A stretch of DNA of 64,000 bases from Raillietiella orientalis (lineage: Eukaryota): contig JAYWIR010000107.1 in the NCBI GenBank assembly GCA_036172245.1, positions 1-64,000 of the forward strand. Direction: 5' to 3'. Below the pieces are notes generated by a model. The model searched no databases. It worked only from the letters and a program-made list of their open reading frames with translations, and was not told the origin of the DNA. Each line of letters begins with the position of its first letter. Position 1 is the stretch's first letter. Positions 1 through 13,064 of this stretch are shown piece after piece. The position numbers were made by a program, and so were the translations under genes.

Positions 1-869
1 GCGGACTGCCGGCTTCTGCTTCTTCGGAGCCGCCTTGTTAATTCGTTTTACCTCCTTGACGGGGGCCTTCTTCTTTTTCACCACCTTCTGCCAACCTTCC
101 TCGTTCTCGGCGCTTTCTTCAGCTGGTTGTTCGCTGGAGGATGGCTGAGCAGCGGGTTGGTCGGCAGGGCGGGATGCTGCCAGTTGTTGCCTTCGGTCCT
201 TTTCCTTCGGCGTCTGTTCCTTTCTCGCGCCTGACGGAACGGACTTTTTTCGGTTGGGGCACATCCGCCTGATGTGCGTGAACCGTTACAAATTGCTGCA
301 GCGCTGTGCGAACCTGTTCTTTCCGCATCCGTGTTTTCACACCTAATACGTGGACCACCATGCTGCGGTCCACCGTAATGGAGAGGAGCCTGCTAGTCCC
401 CATCACTACGAAGGTTTTGAGCAGTCGTTTGGCCAGCTCTGTTTGTTTGCAGATGACCTCAATGTACTGATTCCCGCTGGGAATGGTCATAGCGCTGAGC
501 TTTTCCTCTTTGACATCGAGAGCACGGATTCCCTTCGAAAAGGCGTGCGCACTCTCTGAAAAATATAAATTGCCTACCTTGTAGAGCAATGTGGGGTTAT
601 ACCACTCCTCCACGTAGGCTGACAATTCTGCCGCGGCTGCAGGTGACATCGCCGCCACGACGGCGCTCGAAGCCCGGCTGCAATGGGGACCGATTTTGTA
701 TGGGCGGATGCTCCCATCACCTTCGCCTCTGGGGCGACGCTGCCGCCGTCCACTGGCACTCGCTGGTGGTCGTGTCAGACATCGCTCTCTGATCGACCAC
801 GGAACCACTGAACACTTCGCCCTAAGGGGAGGGTTTCCGGCACTGAGGAGCACCAAGAAAACTAAAGCC
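1..869 (-). mobile_element. Element A: 5' part (5' UTR and degenerate ORF1 N-terminus) of an L1/Tx1-type LINE, subfamily I; continues off the left edge
   Basis: ORF 119..856 contains AELSAYVEEWYNPTLLYKVGNLY...DRSMVVH, homologous to ORF1 of C (16965+) and D (34351-34620). The 5' end gaggagcaccaagaaaac matches D's gaggagcaccgagaaaac, with the ACGTCC core deleted. Confidence 0.85.
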
Positions 870-1092
870 AGGCGTTCTACTGCGTGAATCGGGATCTCTT
901 TCTGGAGTTCCTAGAACGTCTCGGTCTCTTGGTACCCTATGTGGCCTATTTGCCAACTCGCTGGTGTCACGCGCTGATTTCCATCTTTTTCAACGGCTGC
1001 CACGTGTACAGCGTGCTAATATAGCGGTGTATCAGGCAGTGCTACAGTTACATAACCTTGCTCTTCAGCATTTTAATTGAGTTGGTTCGAAG
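870..1092 (+). pseudogene. Decayed RT fragment of a LINE ORF2 (host of element A)
   Basis: Manual translation AFYCVNRDLFLEFLERLG...RCIRQ...LLFSILIELV matches KAFDCVNQELLLELLERLG...GIRQG...LLFSIYFELV in the other copies. Confidence 0.8.
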
Positions 1093-4000
1093 TTTTTTTT
1101 GCGACATTTTCTGTTACGTTTTTTTCCCATATGAAGTTCAGTTTTCATTACAAGTTTCGAATTTCAGTTTCGCTGGAACTGAAAGTCTTTGAGTACATAG
1201 TTGTTAATGGAAAGTATTTTAATTAGTCTTTTGTATCTGAGTCGTCTTCAGAGAGCTGTTAGTACCTGGATAGCTCTTACTATTAGAAATGTAGTAGAGC
1301 CTTCGTAAATGTTGTCATCTGTTGGCGGATCTATACTGGAATCTGAGTGGATTTGTGTTTCCTCTCGAGATACAGAAAATGGCTCTGTGTGTGCTTGGTC
1401 CAGGTTCTCATGGTGGAGACTTCCTTCAAGGTTTCCCGTTGGATAATCAGGAGGTTTGGGCTTAGAGATATGATTGAGGTATATGTCCCTGGAGAACTTT
1501 ATAATTTGGATGCATAGGTGTCAGGAAATCGAGGCAATTGTTCTGTGAGGGATGCCGAGCAATTTTGAGAGTTTGTCGTTTTCGGAATTCCATGACCCAA
1601 GCACCCCGATCACAAAGGCTTGGTTGATGGTTCATAGGTCTTGTTGCCTAAGCGCCGCTTGGATCTTCGCATATTTACGGATTTTGCCTTCTCGAGCATG
1701 CTCTAGAGATGATGCACTATTTTGAAAACAGATCACAACGTCAATTATCAAAGATGCATACGCATTTTGTAGATAAATGTTGGGAGGGAGGGTGTAGTTC
1801 AGCACATCGACTCAGCGGATGTTTCTAGGCAACAGGCCATAGAGAGGAGAGAATCTCGTACAGTGTGTCGACATCAAAGTCATGTATTCGGGTGATCGTT
1901 GTTCCAAGTTGGATTGGACAATGACACAGAACATGGGCCAATGTTTCTTTCAGATAACCACAATTTGGACATTGTTCAAGGTCACACGTTTTACTCGATT
2001 TCCGTTAAGAAATAATTGGTTAAGCAGGGTGCGGTGTATGAAACGCCAGACTGCAAAAACGGAATCCATCACATGAGGGTGGGAATGACATGGAGACTTG
2101 GTGGAGGGCTACACATTCGATTGTCTTCTCTTGGTCTGGTTAGGCTTGAAGTGATAATCCTTTTTGCTCTTTAAACTGAGCACGTATCGTTTGTGCTACT
2201 TGTCTACGTTGTGGGAACGATAGATTTTTAAGGTTCTCATGCTCAGGAAAGGAAATACAGAGCGTCACATTATTATCCTCAAAGTTTTACGTTATAGATA
2301 GAGGCTACTTTGCTTCCTGTAATGCGAACCGCATCGTGTAAAATCACCACTTGGGAGATCTAAAGAAGACGAAGAGCATCCATTGAGGTATCGCGCAAAG
2401 AGAAGTAGGTCGGGTAGAGCTTGAGCCTTTCTACGTACAGCATTGGAAAGGTCGAAAAGGCAAGATCGGTCACTTGGAAATCCGTGCATGTTAACAGCTT
2501 AAACGCAGAGTCAGCTATCATGGTTCGTGCTTCTTCGACGCGGTGCATTATCCCAAAGCATCCATCACGGACACTTTCGTAAAGGTATTCGTTGGATGAG
2601 CGTTGAGTAAGGGAAGAATAAGTTGCTTAAACGCATTCCGTATTACTTTGTCAATCTTGGCCCTAGACGATTTGGGTTTTGTACAGAGGCGTGAGTCGTT
2701 TACAAAAGATGGCAGGAAAAGGGTTCTAATTTCATCTACTTTCTGCCATGGAGCTAACGAGGATTCTGCAATAATTTTGAAGCGCGTAATGAACGTATCT
2801 TCGATTCCATCATGCATAAGGTTTCTAAAACCAATCGGTTTTCCTAGATAGTTATACGTTTCTTGGAAGGAAAGAGACGGAATTGGTGCACCAATCGCAG
2901 ACAGCGATGTATTTTGCACATGGGTTGAGACGAGCCGCATTTATTGGGGTTGATTTGTAAGTTTGCAGCACGGGTTGCATCAGCAAATACGGTGATGGCA
3001 AGTTGTAGCTCGTCTATGGAGCATGCTATCTGCATATGCAATTGAGATGATAGAGGGGTGTTGGTGCCTCAGGATTTTGAGAAAAGGTTCGAGCGCGATG
3101 TTAAATAATAAACCACATTTCTGGCACCCTTGGAGTACTCCGGAAAGGATTGGAATCAGGAAAGTAGTTCCTTCCGTGCTTACAATTATTGTTGTAGATT
3201 CCGAATACATCACGGATATGATACAATGAAATTGATGACCAGCCCCTAGTAAGGTCAACGTGTCTAAGATGAGCTGGTGAGCGATGGAGGAAAACGCGTC
3301 TTTAAAGTCTATCCACACGATGGCAATGTCATTGTGGTGGACACTTTAGCGCTCGACTAGAGTAGTCAGAACAAAGTTTTGTTCTAAAACACCATCATAA
3401 AGAAGAAATTCCTTCTGATGATGTCCAAAGATTCCAATGTTGAGGATCCACGTTCGCAACCGTTTCGCGAGGGTGTTACAGAACAGTTTGCCCATGGTGT
3501 TGAAGATGGCGATGGGACGAAATTGTGTTACATCTGTAAGGTCATATACTCCAGATTTCAGAATCAAAAATGTACGTGAACACTTCCAGTCTTTAGAGAT
3601 TCGCAAGTGGTGAATACAAACATTGTAAAGGGTGACAAGACAAGATCCGTCTAGATCAGCTGTTAGGAGGAAGGAGTGGGAGATTACATCATTTCCAAGG
3701 CCAGTGTCCTGAGCGATCCGTAATGTGAACATAACTTCCTGAGAGGTAATGTTCGTGCAGTTAAGTTCCCAAAGAGCTGGAGTTGAAGGACTTTTCTGAA
3801 GAATTTCGGTATTAATATTCTTTGCTGAAAATTTTGTCAAAGAATTCGTATAGTAACGACTTTTTGGTTCTCGATGTGTGCCATGTGTTGTCCGATTGTG
3901 CGTAGAGAGGTAGCTTTTACGGTCGAAGCTGGATGCACAGGACGGGCACGGATATTTGAGTTTTTTCAGGGAACCAGGAAGCTTCACATTTCGAATTGAG

Positions 4001-4130
4001 TGGGTACATTTATGAGAGTCAGAGGAATAGTGGAACAGGTCCGCAGTAAAATCGCATTGGTCACAAAAGCAAGTAGAACATTGGGGATTTACAACATGCA
4101 TACTTGTCAGATTTCTTTCAGGTTACGTGA
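1093..4130 (-). mobile_element. Decayed R2-group non-LTR retrotransposon (NeSL/Utopia-like): C2H2 fingers, RT, CCHC, restriction-like endonuclease
   Basis: Frameshifted pieces: CPSC..FDRKSYLSTHNRTTH, FRPIAI, WIDFKDAFSSI.H, GVLQG, AYAD, YNYLG, LAPWQK. Manual translation of ~2050-1550 gives WRFIHRTLLN, CPNCGYLKETLAHVLCHC, IIDV..., AREGKIRKY and VIGVLGSW..END. A T8 run at 1093-1100 fits a poly(A) tail. The 5' limit is uncertain. Confidence 0.85.
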
Positions 4131-7100
4131 ACGATTGTGCCTTCGGATTAGGATGCGAATTTACAGTCAGGAATAGGGCATGGGCAAGGTTCTTTAAGGT
4201 CTTTCCACGTGGACGTGAAAACGAAATGCAAATGAATAAACCACGGATACCGTGTAAAAAGGAGCATTCCAAAGTTTGTTCTAGAACTTTTATGGATTCA
4301 AGGAATCTTTGCTCTCATTTAATTCAAATAATGGGGAATTTTCCACGAAAGAGCGCTAAGGCAGGTACAGGAGGGAATGCAAGCACGGCGTGGGGGGTAC
4401 AGGATCAACTCCAGTCACCTTGCGCGCAGCAAGAGCTTGCCATATGCGCGCAACGTGGTCGCGACGCCATATTTAAAACTCAGTATGGCAAATAAAAAAA
4501 AAAATTTACTAACAGATCGAAAATTTCGGCTTGCGCAATGTTCCAGAAAGCGAAGAAAGTGCTAGCTGTTGCTTGTATTGATAATTGTAGCTCGTAAAAA
4601 AGAGTTCGGATCCAGGAATGCTATGCGACAGTAACTATTGTGCATCCATTCACCCATTGCACTGACAATTTTGCTGAAGATACAATGCCCCCCCCCAAAA
4701 AAAAGATTTCCGAAAAGATGGAGCACTTTTTCGAAAAAAATAAGGTCCAAACAAACATGGAAATAAGCCGAATTCCCCAACATCCTTAGCGTGGACATCC
4801 TATTGCCAGATTAAAGGCAGGCTCAAGTTCATGAATCTCAGCACAATCAGACAACTGATGGATGCTGAAACAGGTGGTGCACTGGAACGAGGACAGCAAC
4901 GCTCAAGCGAGCAGCGCGGTATTGCTAGCACCATTCCTGAAGAGAACCAGAGATTGCAGGAATAGAGTCACCCTACCTTACCAGATGCAGATCCACATTA
5001 GCCTTTAAATTTTCTCTGCAGCTTGTGTTCAACGCCATTGGACGGAGAAGACGGTGAGCTCGGACGAACCCGATTGCGCGGAGAGTACATCCTTCTTACG
5101 CCGCCTTTTGAACTCAGTAGCTTTTTGGCACATTGAAGAACGCATTGGGGCAATTGTAGGAACCCTAGTGGACAGACCAAGTACGTTCTACGTTACTTCT
5201 TTTCGGTGAAGGCCAAGAAGCCAGTCGGGACGGAGTAACACGTTCCTTCATAAGAAAGATCGCACCAGCGTAAAAAGAGAGAAAACAGAAGGAAACGATC
5301 CAGCTTTCAGGGCGTATAGTAAAGGTGCGCCCGATTAACCTATCTGAGAGTATCTGTATGGAGATAGCCAACGAATCCTTTTAGGTTTGTAGGAGACTCC
5401 CTGAAGTAAGATATGCCGATATATCGTGAGTTGACAAACTTGTTTCACTTCAATATTTATCTTCTTCCATTCCTAAAAAGTTTTGGTGGGATGTTTGCTT
5501 GACCATCAGAGTTGAAAGTGAGAGGTATGCTTAATAAGCTTTCTGACTTGAGCGAAAAACTTCTCTACAGATCACTGTACAAAAGTTTGCAACAGCATGT
5601 ACTTGCGACTTCCACCTTCCTTGCGTGGAAATGCGGGACATCACGTTCTGCTGACAAGCAAGTGCGCGGCTCCAAATCTGCATTTGCAGAAGACGCGATA
5701 TATCACGGAAGGATGCAAAATCTCTTTCTCAACAAAGAATCTGTCCTTGTTGGTGCATCACACGTTTGACAGTTTTTGCATACGAAAGAGGAGTGGCCAT
5801 GAATTCTCTTGGAAAGCGACACGTCTCGCATGCTACGAGCACATTCGAACTACGAAGGAAGATTTCGGAAGACGGAAAGTTGGCCGTTTGTAGTTACAGT
5901 CGCCAATCAAAAAAAGGCAGGCTTTCTGCATACTGAATATCGCCAAACTGTAAACTGTTTTGTAATGCATGTATGAGTCAAAGAACAGCAGACATTGCGA
6001 TGACTAGAAGCAACTGTCTGAGTCATTGGTGCCCGTTCGATGATCACAAAGTCCACATTGGGAGAGTGCATCCTAAAGGTGCCGCTCTAGGAAGGCATGG
6101 ACAGTCCACGGTCCTTGCAAGAGAAACTTACCTGCACGAGCAAAATGCTTTCAATTTCGATTCTTGTTCGTGAGCTGATGCCGCCCACACTTGGAGAAGA
6201 GTTGAAACGCCTGAATCCAGCCTCCACTGCAGGCGCATGTAGCTTTCCAGCAGAAATGAAGATTCTTAGCGTGCGCATAAGACGGAAGCTAGCGGGCAAT
6301 GAAATGTTGCTTGTCCTGCAACGGGGCTTCTCCCATGCAGCAAGCTTTTGGGAATTTCCGGGAAACACTCATGTGATCTTCTGCGTTGCAGCACAGCGGC
6401 AATCCTCCGTCATGGTGACAGAAACAGTGCCTGGTGCTGTTGCATCGCCGAGAAATTCCGTGAAAACGCAGCGCCTGCACTGCACATAGCAGAGTGAGGA
6501 TGATGGCGCTAGGCGTGCCAAAAGACAGACACAGACGAAACTGACCATTGACAGAGTTTTACTTGAGCCTCTATGTGTACGCTTGGCGATACCGCTCTAA
6601 ATGCCCTATATCAATGCCGCAGACATTGTGAAGCTTCCTTTCGCTCGTGAAGCGCACCTGCTAGTCCCCCGCGGAGCAGATACTTACCTCATGCTGAGGG
6701 CACGCGCAGTCTGCAAACAGAAACGGTCAACACAAAGGAGGTTGAACTATCCATCTGGAGTGTCAGAAATTGTATCCAATCTTCAACCAATGAACCCGTC
6801 GTAGTCGAACACACTGTCAACCTTTTGCAATCTCGCAACAAACATTTTGAATTTGTTTTATGCATAGTTTTATTCGATTTTTCGTGCGTGTACTAATCAG
6901 ACCGTTAGTAAAAAGCGGGAGAAACCATTTTTTCCGTGGACGTGATCGTGTAGAGTTTCGCAACACGCTTGAATGTATTTCCTCCTCTGTTTCTAAGAAA
7001 CGCTATGCAGGAATCGAAAGAATTTCGAATGTTGACCTGACGTTGAAACCAGTCTGCTGCTATGGAAAGTGAGGAACGCGTTGCTATGGACGGGGAGGTG

Positions 7101-7853
7101 TCCTACGGCAAACGTTGTTGAGAATATCCCTCATTAGGCGGCAGAAGTCTGGGTACTTTTGTATAAGGCGAAAAAAAGAGGTCGTGGGAGAGACGCACAA
7201 TATCACTGAAAGGGCGCAACACCATCCATATTTTTAGTTGGCACGCAAGAAGAGAGGAGCATTCGGGAATTTGATCGCGTTCAAAGCGCAAAAGAATACG
7301 AAGCAAAGAGGTAAACCGTAAGAAAACATCAGATGCGGTGTCCTTCTTTGGCAACCATGAAAATACATACCATTGACAGAGTTCCGTGGCAGCGCCTCGT
7401 TCCTCAAGCAGCATTCAGTGCTATAGGGATCCATTCCTCCCGACTCCTCACTCAAACAGGCAACCGGTAGGAGTGACACATACAAGCTGCTTTTATGTTA
7501 GGGAGAAGATGCTATCATCGGAAGTGGTAGCCTAGGTTACCCAGCATGAATGCTCGTTTCAGACGTCATTGATCCGCAAGGTGTGATGCGAGCGCATCAA
7601 CAAATCGTCGAAATTTTCAGTTTTCCTAGAAGATACCTCAAGTACGCCGCTTGTCTGGAAACAATGAAGATGTGGCAGGAGTCAGAGATGTTTCGTTCGT
7701 CTCGTTCATACACAATGAATGGCAATAGGTTTTGCTTAGTAAAAAGGTGAATTGGAAACCTGTTGAAATGTGGCACAACAAAAAGTGGTGAGGCACAGAG
7801 AAACCTTTTTAGGCTTCATGATCAACTTTGTATGGGCTTTATTTGTCAGAATG

Positions 7854-8138
7854 TCAAGATGAAACTTCAATTTTAAAATATGACTGGTAACACACAATGG
7901 TTTGTGAGTTCTGCTGGATATTCAGGGTAGCGAAGTAATCGCCTTTTGAAAAAGTGATTCCCGACACATCGATTTCAAACTGGTGATCAAATTGGTGAGG
8001 TGATAAAGGACATTCTCCGAGGACTCCAACTATTGAATAGAACGTGCAGATGTCCTCATATTCGTAAACGTAGAATTCATCCTGGTAAGCTGTTTTAGTC
8101 AGTTGGTCAACTTCATATCTCGACACATATATAACGAC
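7854..8138 (-). CDS. Terminal exon of a host ML-domain (GM2 activator/MD-2-related lipid-recognition-like) gene
   Basis: Acceptor ttctgattacAG precedes 8138. In-frame VVIYVSRYEVD...EDICTFY...GECPLSP...KGDYFATLNIQ...IVCYQSYFKIEVSS* has ML-type Cys spacing and is phase-compatible with the upstream exon. Confidence 0.7.
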   Translation of the reverse strand, partial: VVIYVSRYEVDQLTKTAYQDEFYVYEYEDICTFYSIVGVLGECPLSPHQFDHQFEIDVSGITFSKGDYFATLNIQQNSQTIVCYQSYFKIEVSS

Positions 8139-8271
8139 CTGTAATCAGAAATGCATAAGTGAAATCTGCTTCCCATACTGGAATCGGAATTTTACTCAAC
8201 AAACTGCGCACTCAGATCGTTCGCTTGGTTTAGAAAGGATTGAAGATGTGGGAACATGGAATGACCCTTAC

Positions 8272-8401
8272 CGATAAGCTACTATTGATCTCAATTTTCT
8301 GGTCGCCACTCAGCTGAAAGTGAATAGTTCCTGGGATTTGTATCGGATCTGGTTCGACCAGAAGATTTGCATCAAGAACATCCCTAGTTTTTGGACTGCA
8401 A
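8272..8401 (-). CDS. Internal exon of the same GM2-activator-like gene
   Basis: Bounded by tctttgacAG and GTaagg; 130 nt encoding CSPKTRDVLDANLLVEPDPIQIPGTIHFQLSGDQKIEINSSLS. The L.VEPDPI.IPG motif is characteristic of GM2 activator proteins. Phase-0 junction to the next exon. Confidence 0.72.
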
Positions 8402-11400
8402 CTGTCAAAGACGAAGTCACTCTGGAAGCAAAGAAGATTCAGTTGAATTGGTCAACTGCATTGAGTACACTCTTTTCTTTCTTACTATCATTCTCTCCTT
8501 AACGGTTTACGCTTTTCAACATGCATTCGACGCAACACATCGCTAGTCCTGCAGCAAATTTTCCAGACTTCCCCGAAGCCGCAAGTGCATTTTTCTAACT
8601 TGAAAACGCTACATGTATCGAACAAGAGGCAGAGAAATTCGCTTCCTTGCCTACGGCAGACGGTGTTTCACCATCGGTACATCGCAAACCGGCCACATTC
8701 AGATTGGAAATCCCGAAAACAACTCATACCTTCGGAGGATTGATGCCATGTATCCAGTTTTTAAGTTTTATCTGACCACGTTTAGCGGTCCATCCACAGG
8801 ACCCTATGATGAACAGCGACATTAAGAGATAGCGAATCATCTTCAATAGTTCAGCCGATTTTAGTTCACAAACAATAAGTGTCCTTTTGCAAATGCTGCT
8901 TGCCTTAGCAACGCCTGCAAGCGAGTATATAAAGAATTTTTCTTATCACAATGGGGTACACGCATCGGACGCCTGGAGTAAACATGGCACGGCCATGGAT
9001 CGTCTCAGCACGGATGATTAACCTTTTCCGAATCCTACCGACTGAAGAATAGTGCCGAAATTACAAGCGGTGTATTCCCAGGAACTGTGCACCTAAAGAT
9101 GCTTCTCAGGCGCAACCAATACAGGCGCCTCAACTAACATGAGTAATGTATGGAAGGCTGCACATTGAAATTCCGCTTGAAACTGGGACGAAACCAATGT
9201 ACTTGAGAAGATGGAACACGTGCGACCGTGCGAAGGCGCTGATTTCTTTTGCTGTTCGTTGGGATTAAATTTAAGAGAAGAATGGAAACCAGTTTTTTCC
9301 AATCACCAGATCCGCCTATTTCTCACCTAGGATACGGACTTCTTGACGCAGATGTTAATTAGAGGATCACAGGCGTATGATCTTCAGACAGCGCAAGAAC
9401 AGGAAAAGTGAAAACAAGGATGCTGGACTGCGCTTTTGGTGCAAAAATTCAAAAGCACTCATGGAGTTTCGCCAAGGAAGAAGAATCGCCCATACTGCGA
9501 ATCCCACTATATTATCTCTGAAAGCGCGGAAACTTCGAAAGCAGCATCAATCTTCGTCCTGCCTTTCAAAAAAGGATCGTGTAAATGATATTCCTGAACA
9601 CGAGAAGCAGTTTCTCGTTTTCAGTTATTCCTGCATTCCATGGCCATTAGGTTCGGATTTATCTGGTATGGAGAGAATGCTTGACTCGTTCGGGGACCAA
9701 AACATCATCTCCACGATTACGACTACACGGTAACCATTGGTCGTCGAATTCGTGTTAGCGGAAACGAGCGCGCATGCTGTCCTAAGTATACACTGTTTCA
9801 AGAGCAGAATGGTTACGCTGACCTCTTCTTTTTGCAAAGCAAAGGCTTATAATATGTTGATGGCAACAACACGAACTCCAGGAAAACGTGGAGATGGAAA
9901 ACCACCGCAGGCAACGACTGATTGTAAAACCCTACTCCAAAACAAAAAAATCGTTATCCTTTTTACTATTAACACTCAAAACCACTGGTTAAAGTATCTC
10001 TGCAGAATGCATTTATCCACAAGACTCGTATGGTGATTACGCGATCTCCGCGTTTGCGGATGCATCGCATAGCTGCATGTTTTGACAACGAAAGGTGTGG
10101 TCTTCTCTTCCAGGATATATTCTAGGAAAATCCATAGAGACTTTTCTATTCATCCTTGAGCGCCTATTGAGAATTGTGGTGGCATTGGCTTTAAACGCGC
10201 GCAAAATTCATCTGTCTCTTGAGAAAAAGGCTCGTCAGAAGTAAAAGGTTTGCTTTTGAGACACCTCAACGAAACTTGTGACGATTATGTTACTTGCAAT
10301 TCGACGCACTGCAGAAGTACTGGCATGAAGCTTGCGTATGCAAACACCTACGGCAAGTAGGGGATTGTGGAGCGTTACCCGAAAGGCGATGGGTTTCGTT
10401 GACAAACTCCTTCATCAATGGCAAAACCGGTTATGTTAACTCCCGAGCTGCGAATGACAGCTAAACCGGAGAGTCTGAAGTGGCACTTCATCTAGCACTG
10501 ATGCATATTTTCATATTTCGAATTTGCTCAAATCCTATAAACTTAAATTTCTAGATGCAATAAGAAAACAGAAAGTTGAAAGGGCACGTAAAGAGAGCTG
10601 AAGACTATTTCGCTAATGAAAACCTCGTATCCAATTGGGGCCTCTCTATTGCGCATGGGATGTGACGACATTTCGCTGTGCCGCCGTCATCGTATTGCTT
10701 CATTCGGAACGCAACTAGCATCAATGCCATTATTTACATCATTGGTGACACATCGCTGCTGATTTGAAAAAACCGAGGTTCATAGCACGTGGCAGTGAAG
10801 CTACATCCGGATGACTATGTTAAGGTTCAGTTCTTTTTTGTTTCTCCTTCTTACCGACTCCAGCATGGTGTAAAAGGTCTCAAGAGACAACGGACAATGA
10901 TCCTTATGGAAATGAGGTGACGAGAAGGGATATTCGCTTTTTATAACGACGCCCTTTGCGATATGAAAACTGTTCCCACAAAACCCCGAAAAATCTGTTA
11001 TTGAAATAGTGTCATGCAGTACGGCGTGCCTCCCTATGCATGTGAGCTCGTTCCCACGCAGACAGTCGTCCTCGGATGATGAAACGGTACTCGAACTCAA
11101 GCAGTAGTTTCAGTTGATCATCCAGTTGCATTAGAAAATGCGGATGTCACTACCGCTGTCTCTGAGTCACTCATCAATCATCGGAAGCCTGGAGACAAAA
11201 TTTCTTTCATCCACACATTAATCTGTGGTGTTTGTGTTCCATTGCGGAAAGCAGAAAAAATTCTGAGTGCCTCTTTCCAACGTTGGAAGCAATGCAACAG
11301 TGAATACCAAACCAAAGCAATCAGTCAGGCTTGAGAAACTCCTTGCGATCACCAAGGTACACGAAGAAATCCTTCTGTGGAAAAGGTGGTTGTGTTGACA

Positions 11401-13064
11401 GTTTCTGAAAATGGATTTCCTACGCAGGTTAGTTTCAGGTGCTGATAGCACTGATAGAACGCTCATAAGAGTGAACGTCCACCGACTGTGCACTCTAAAT
11501 CATAGGACACATGGAAACGCTCTCCAAATCACAAACAGAGCAACGCTTCAAAGTCCTTGCGAAAATGAAAGGAAAGGCACTTTTCGTTGTCTGTTTTACA
11601 TACGAAAATAGGTTTGCTTGTTGCGAATGTGCAATTTCCACGCTTGCGACAGAGGCACCGTGTGAGATTTCCTTCCCAAGCAGCGAACACATTCTGAGAA
11701 CAAGGAAAATATGTGATCTTGAGGGCAGGGTAGTCGTCTGTTGCAAAACTTGCATCCCATTCTCTCGGGTGCGCACCACAACATTCGGCGACTACGTTTC
11801 CTCTATCACAGATCTATACATGAATTGCGTGCTAGCAATCAGAGAATTCTTTTCTGTAAGACGAAGCCGTCTGGGTATTCGATTGCACTACAGATTTGTT
11901 AGCTACCGGGTGGATACAGCTTTCCCGACCTTTCTGAATGCGATTTGTGCAAATAGATAGTCACCACTACTGTGAAATCTCCGTACATTGTTCCGTGAAA
12001 ATCTGTTAATGTACGAAGTGAAGAGTTCACATGGTGAGAAACATTCTGTTCAGCAATGTGTCTTGATTTCAACGGATTCTCATTATCCATAGCATCCTAT
12101 GTACTTGTCGAAACGGATCACATCGCAAACTCTGTATTAAATAGCTGCGGCAGCACCAAGTTTTGTATGCACTTTGCTTAGCATACGTGAATTCCTGACG
12201 TTAGATTATTGGAAAGTTTGCTATCACAGCCACTCTTCCTCAACAACAAAAAATTGCGCAATCACCAAATGATTCCCTTCGCCTTATTTTATCTCGTAGA
12301 TTATACCAGTATTTCCAATTTGGATTTGATATTCCACGTAATAAATTCGTATTAAGCGTGAGATGCATGCATGAATTCCTTGTACAAATAGATGCACAGT
12401 CACGTGTGCATGCTCCTACGGCATCAGGTGAGCACTTTCACACCATCTATCTTGCTTTCTACAACGTTTGCATGTCCCACGTAAAAACTTATGGAACGCC
12501 AGAAGAAAACTTTTATCCAGTTCAGCTGAAGATGTTTAGTTGATCTGGAGAACCAGAAAACGTCACTATTTTTCATGGAAGCATGAAGACATCGTGAGAC
12601 TCCCAGCGAGCCCTTGTGAATCTCTCAACAAATATTATCCGTGAGTCCTTTGCACACTTTTAGTACGATATTTCTTGAAGATAGTCGCTGTTCGAAAACT
12701 AGAAAAGAGAATGAATTGATGAAAAACATCTAAAATATGAATTTGGATCGCAACTGTTGGCGCAGCATATGCAATCTGTCCCCCCAGCTTCCTTAGCTCT
12801 CACGCCGGCACGGGAATTTCAAAGGAAAGAAGGAAACAAGTTTGAGAGGCAGTTCGCGTCAAACAGAAAATGTTCAAAATAATTTAGTCTCTGTCACGTC
12901 GGTCTGTTTTCAGGAGGATGCAATGGGACACTGAGCAGATGAAGAAAAGAGGTGAAAGTGCTCTTCGTCTTTGTCTTGGAACCAGCTCAGGGTGACAGCA
13001 ACCCCTTTGTTCACTACTGGATCCAGGTGAAGCCACTTGGAGCAGACTTCCAAGTGCGCAAGCG

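Noticed and set aside
4130..7850. Short ORFs in unique DNA (also 8.8-12.9 kb, e.g. 10801..11100 and 11511..11960)
   Set aside because: I found no recognisable domains or convincing splice-site pairs. Small exons may have been missed.
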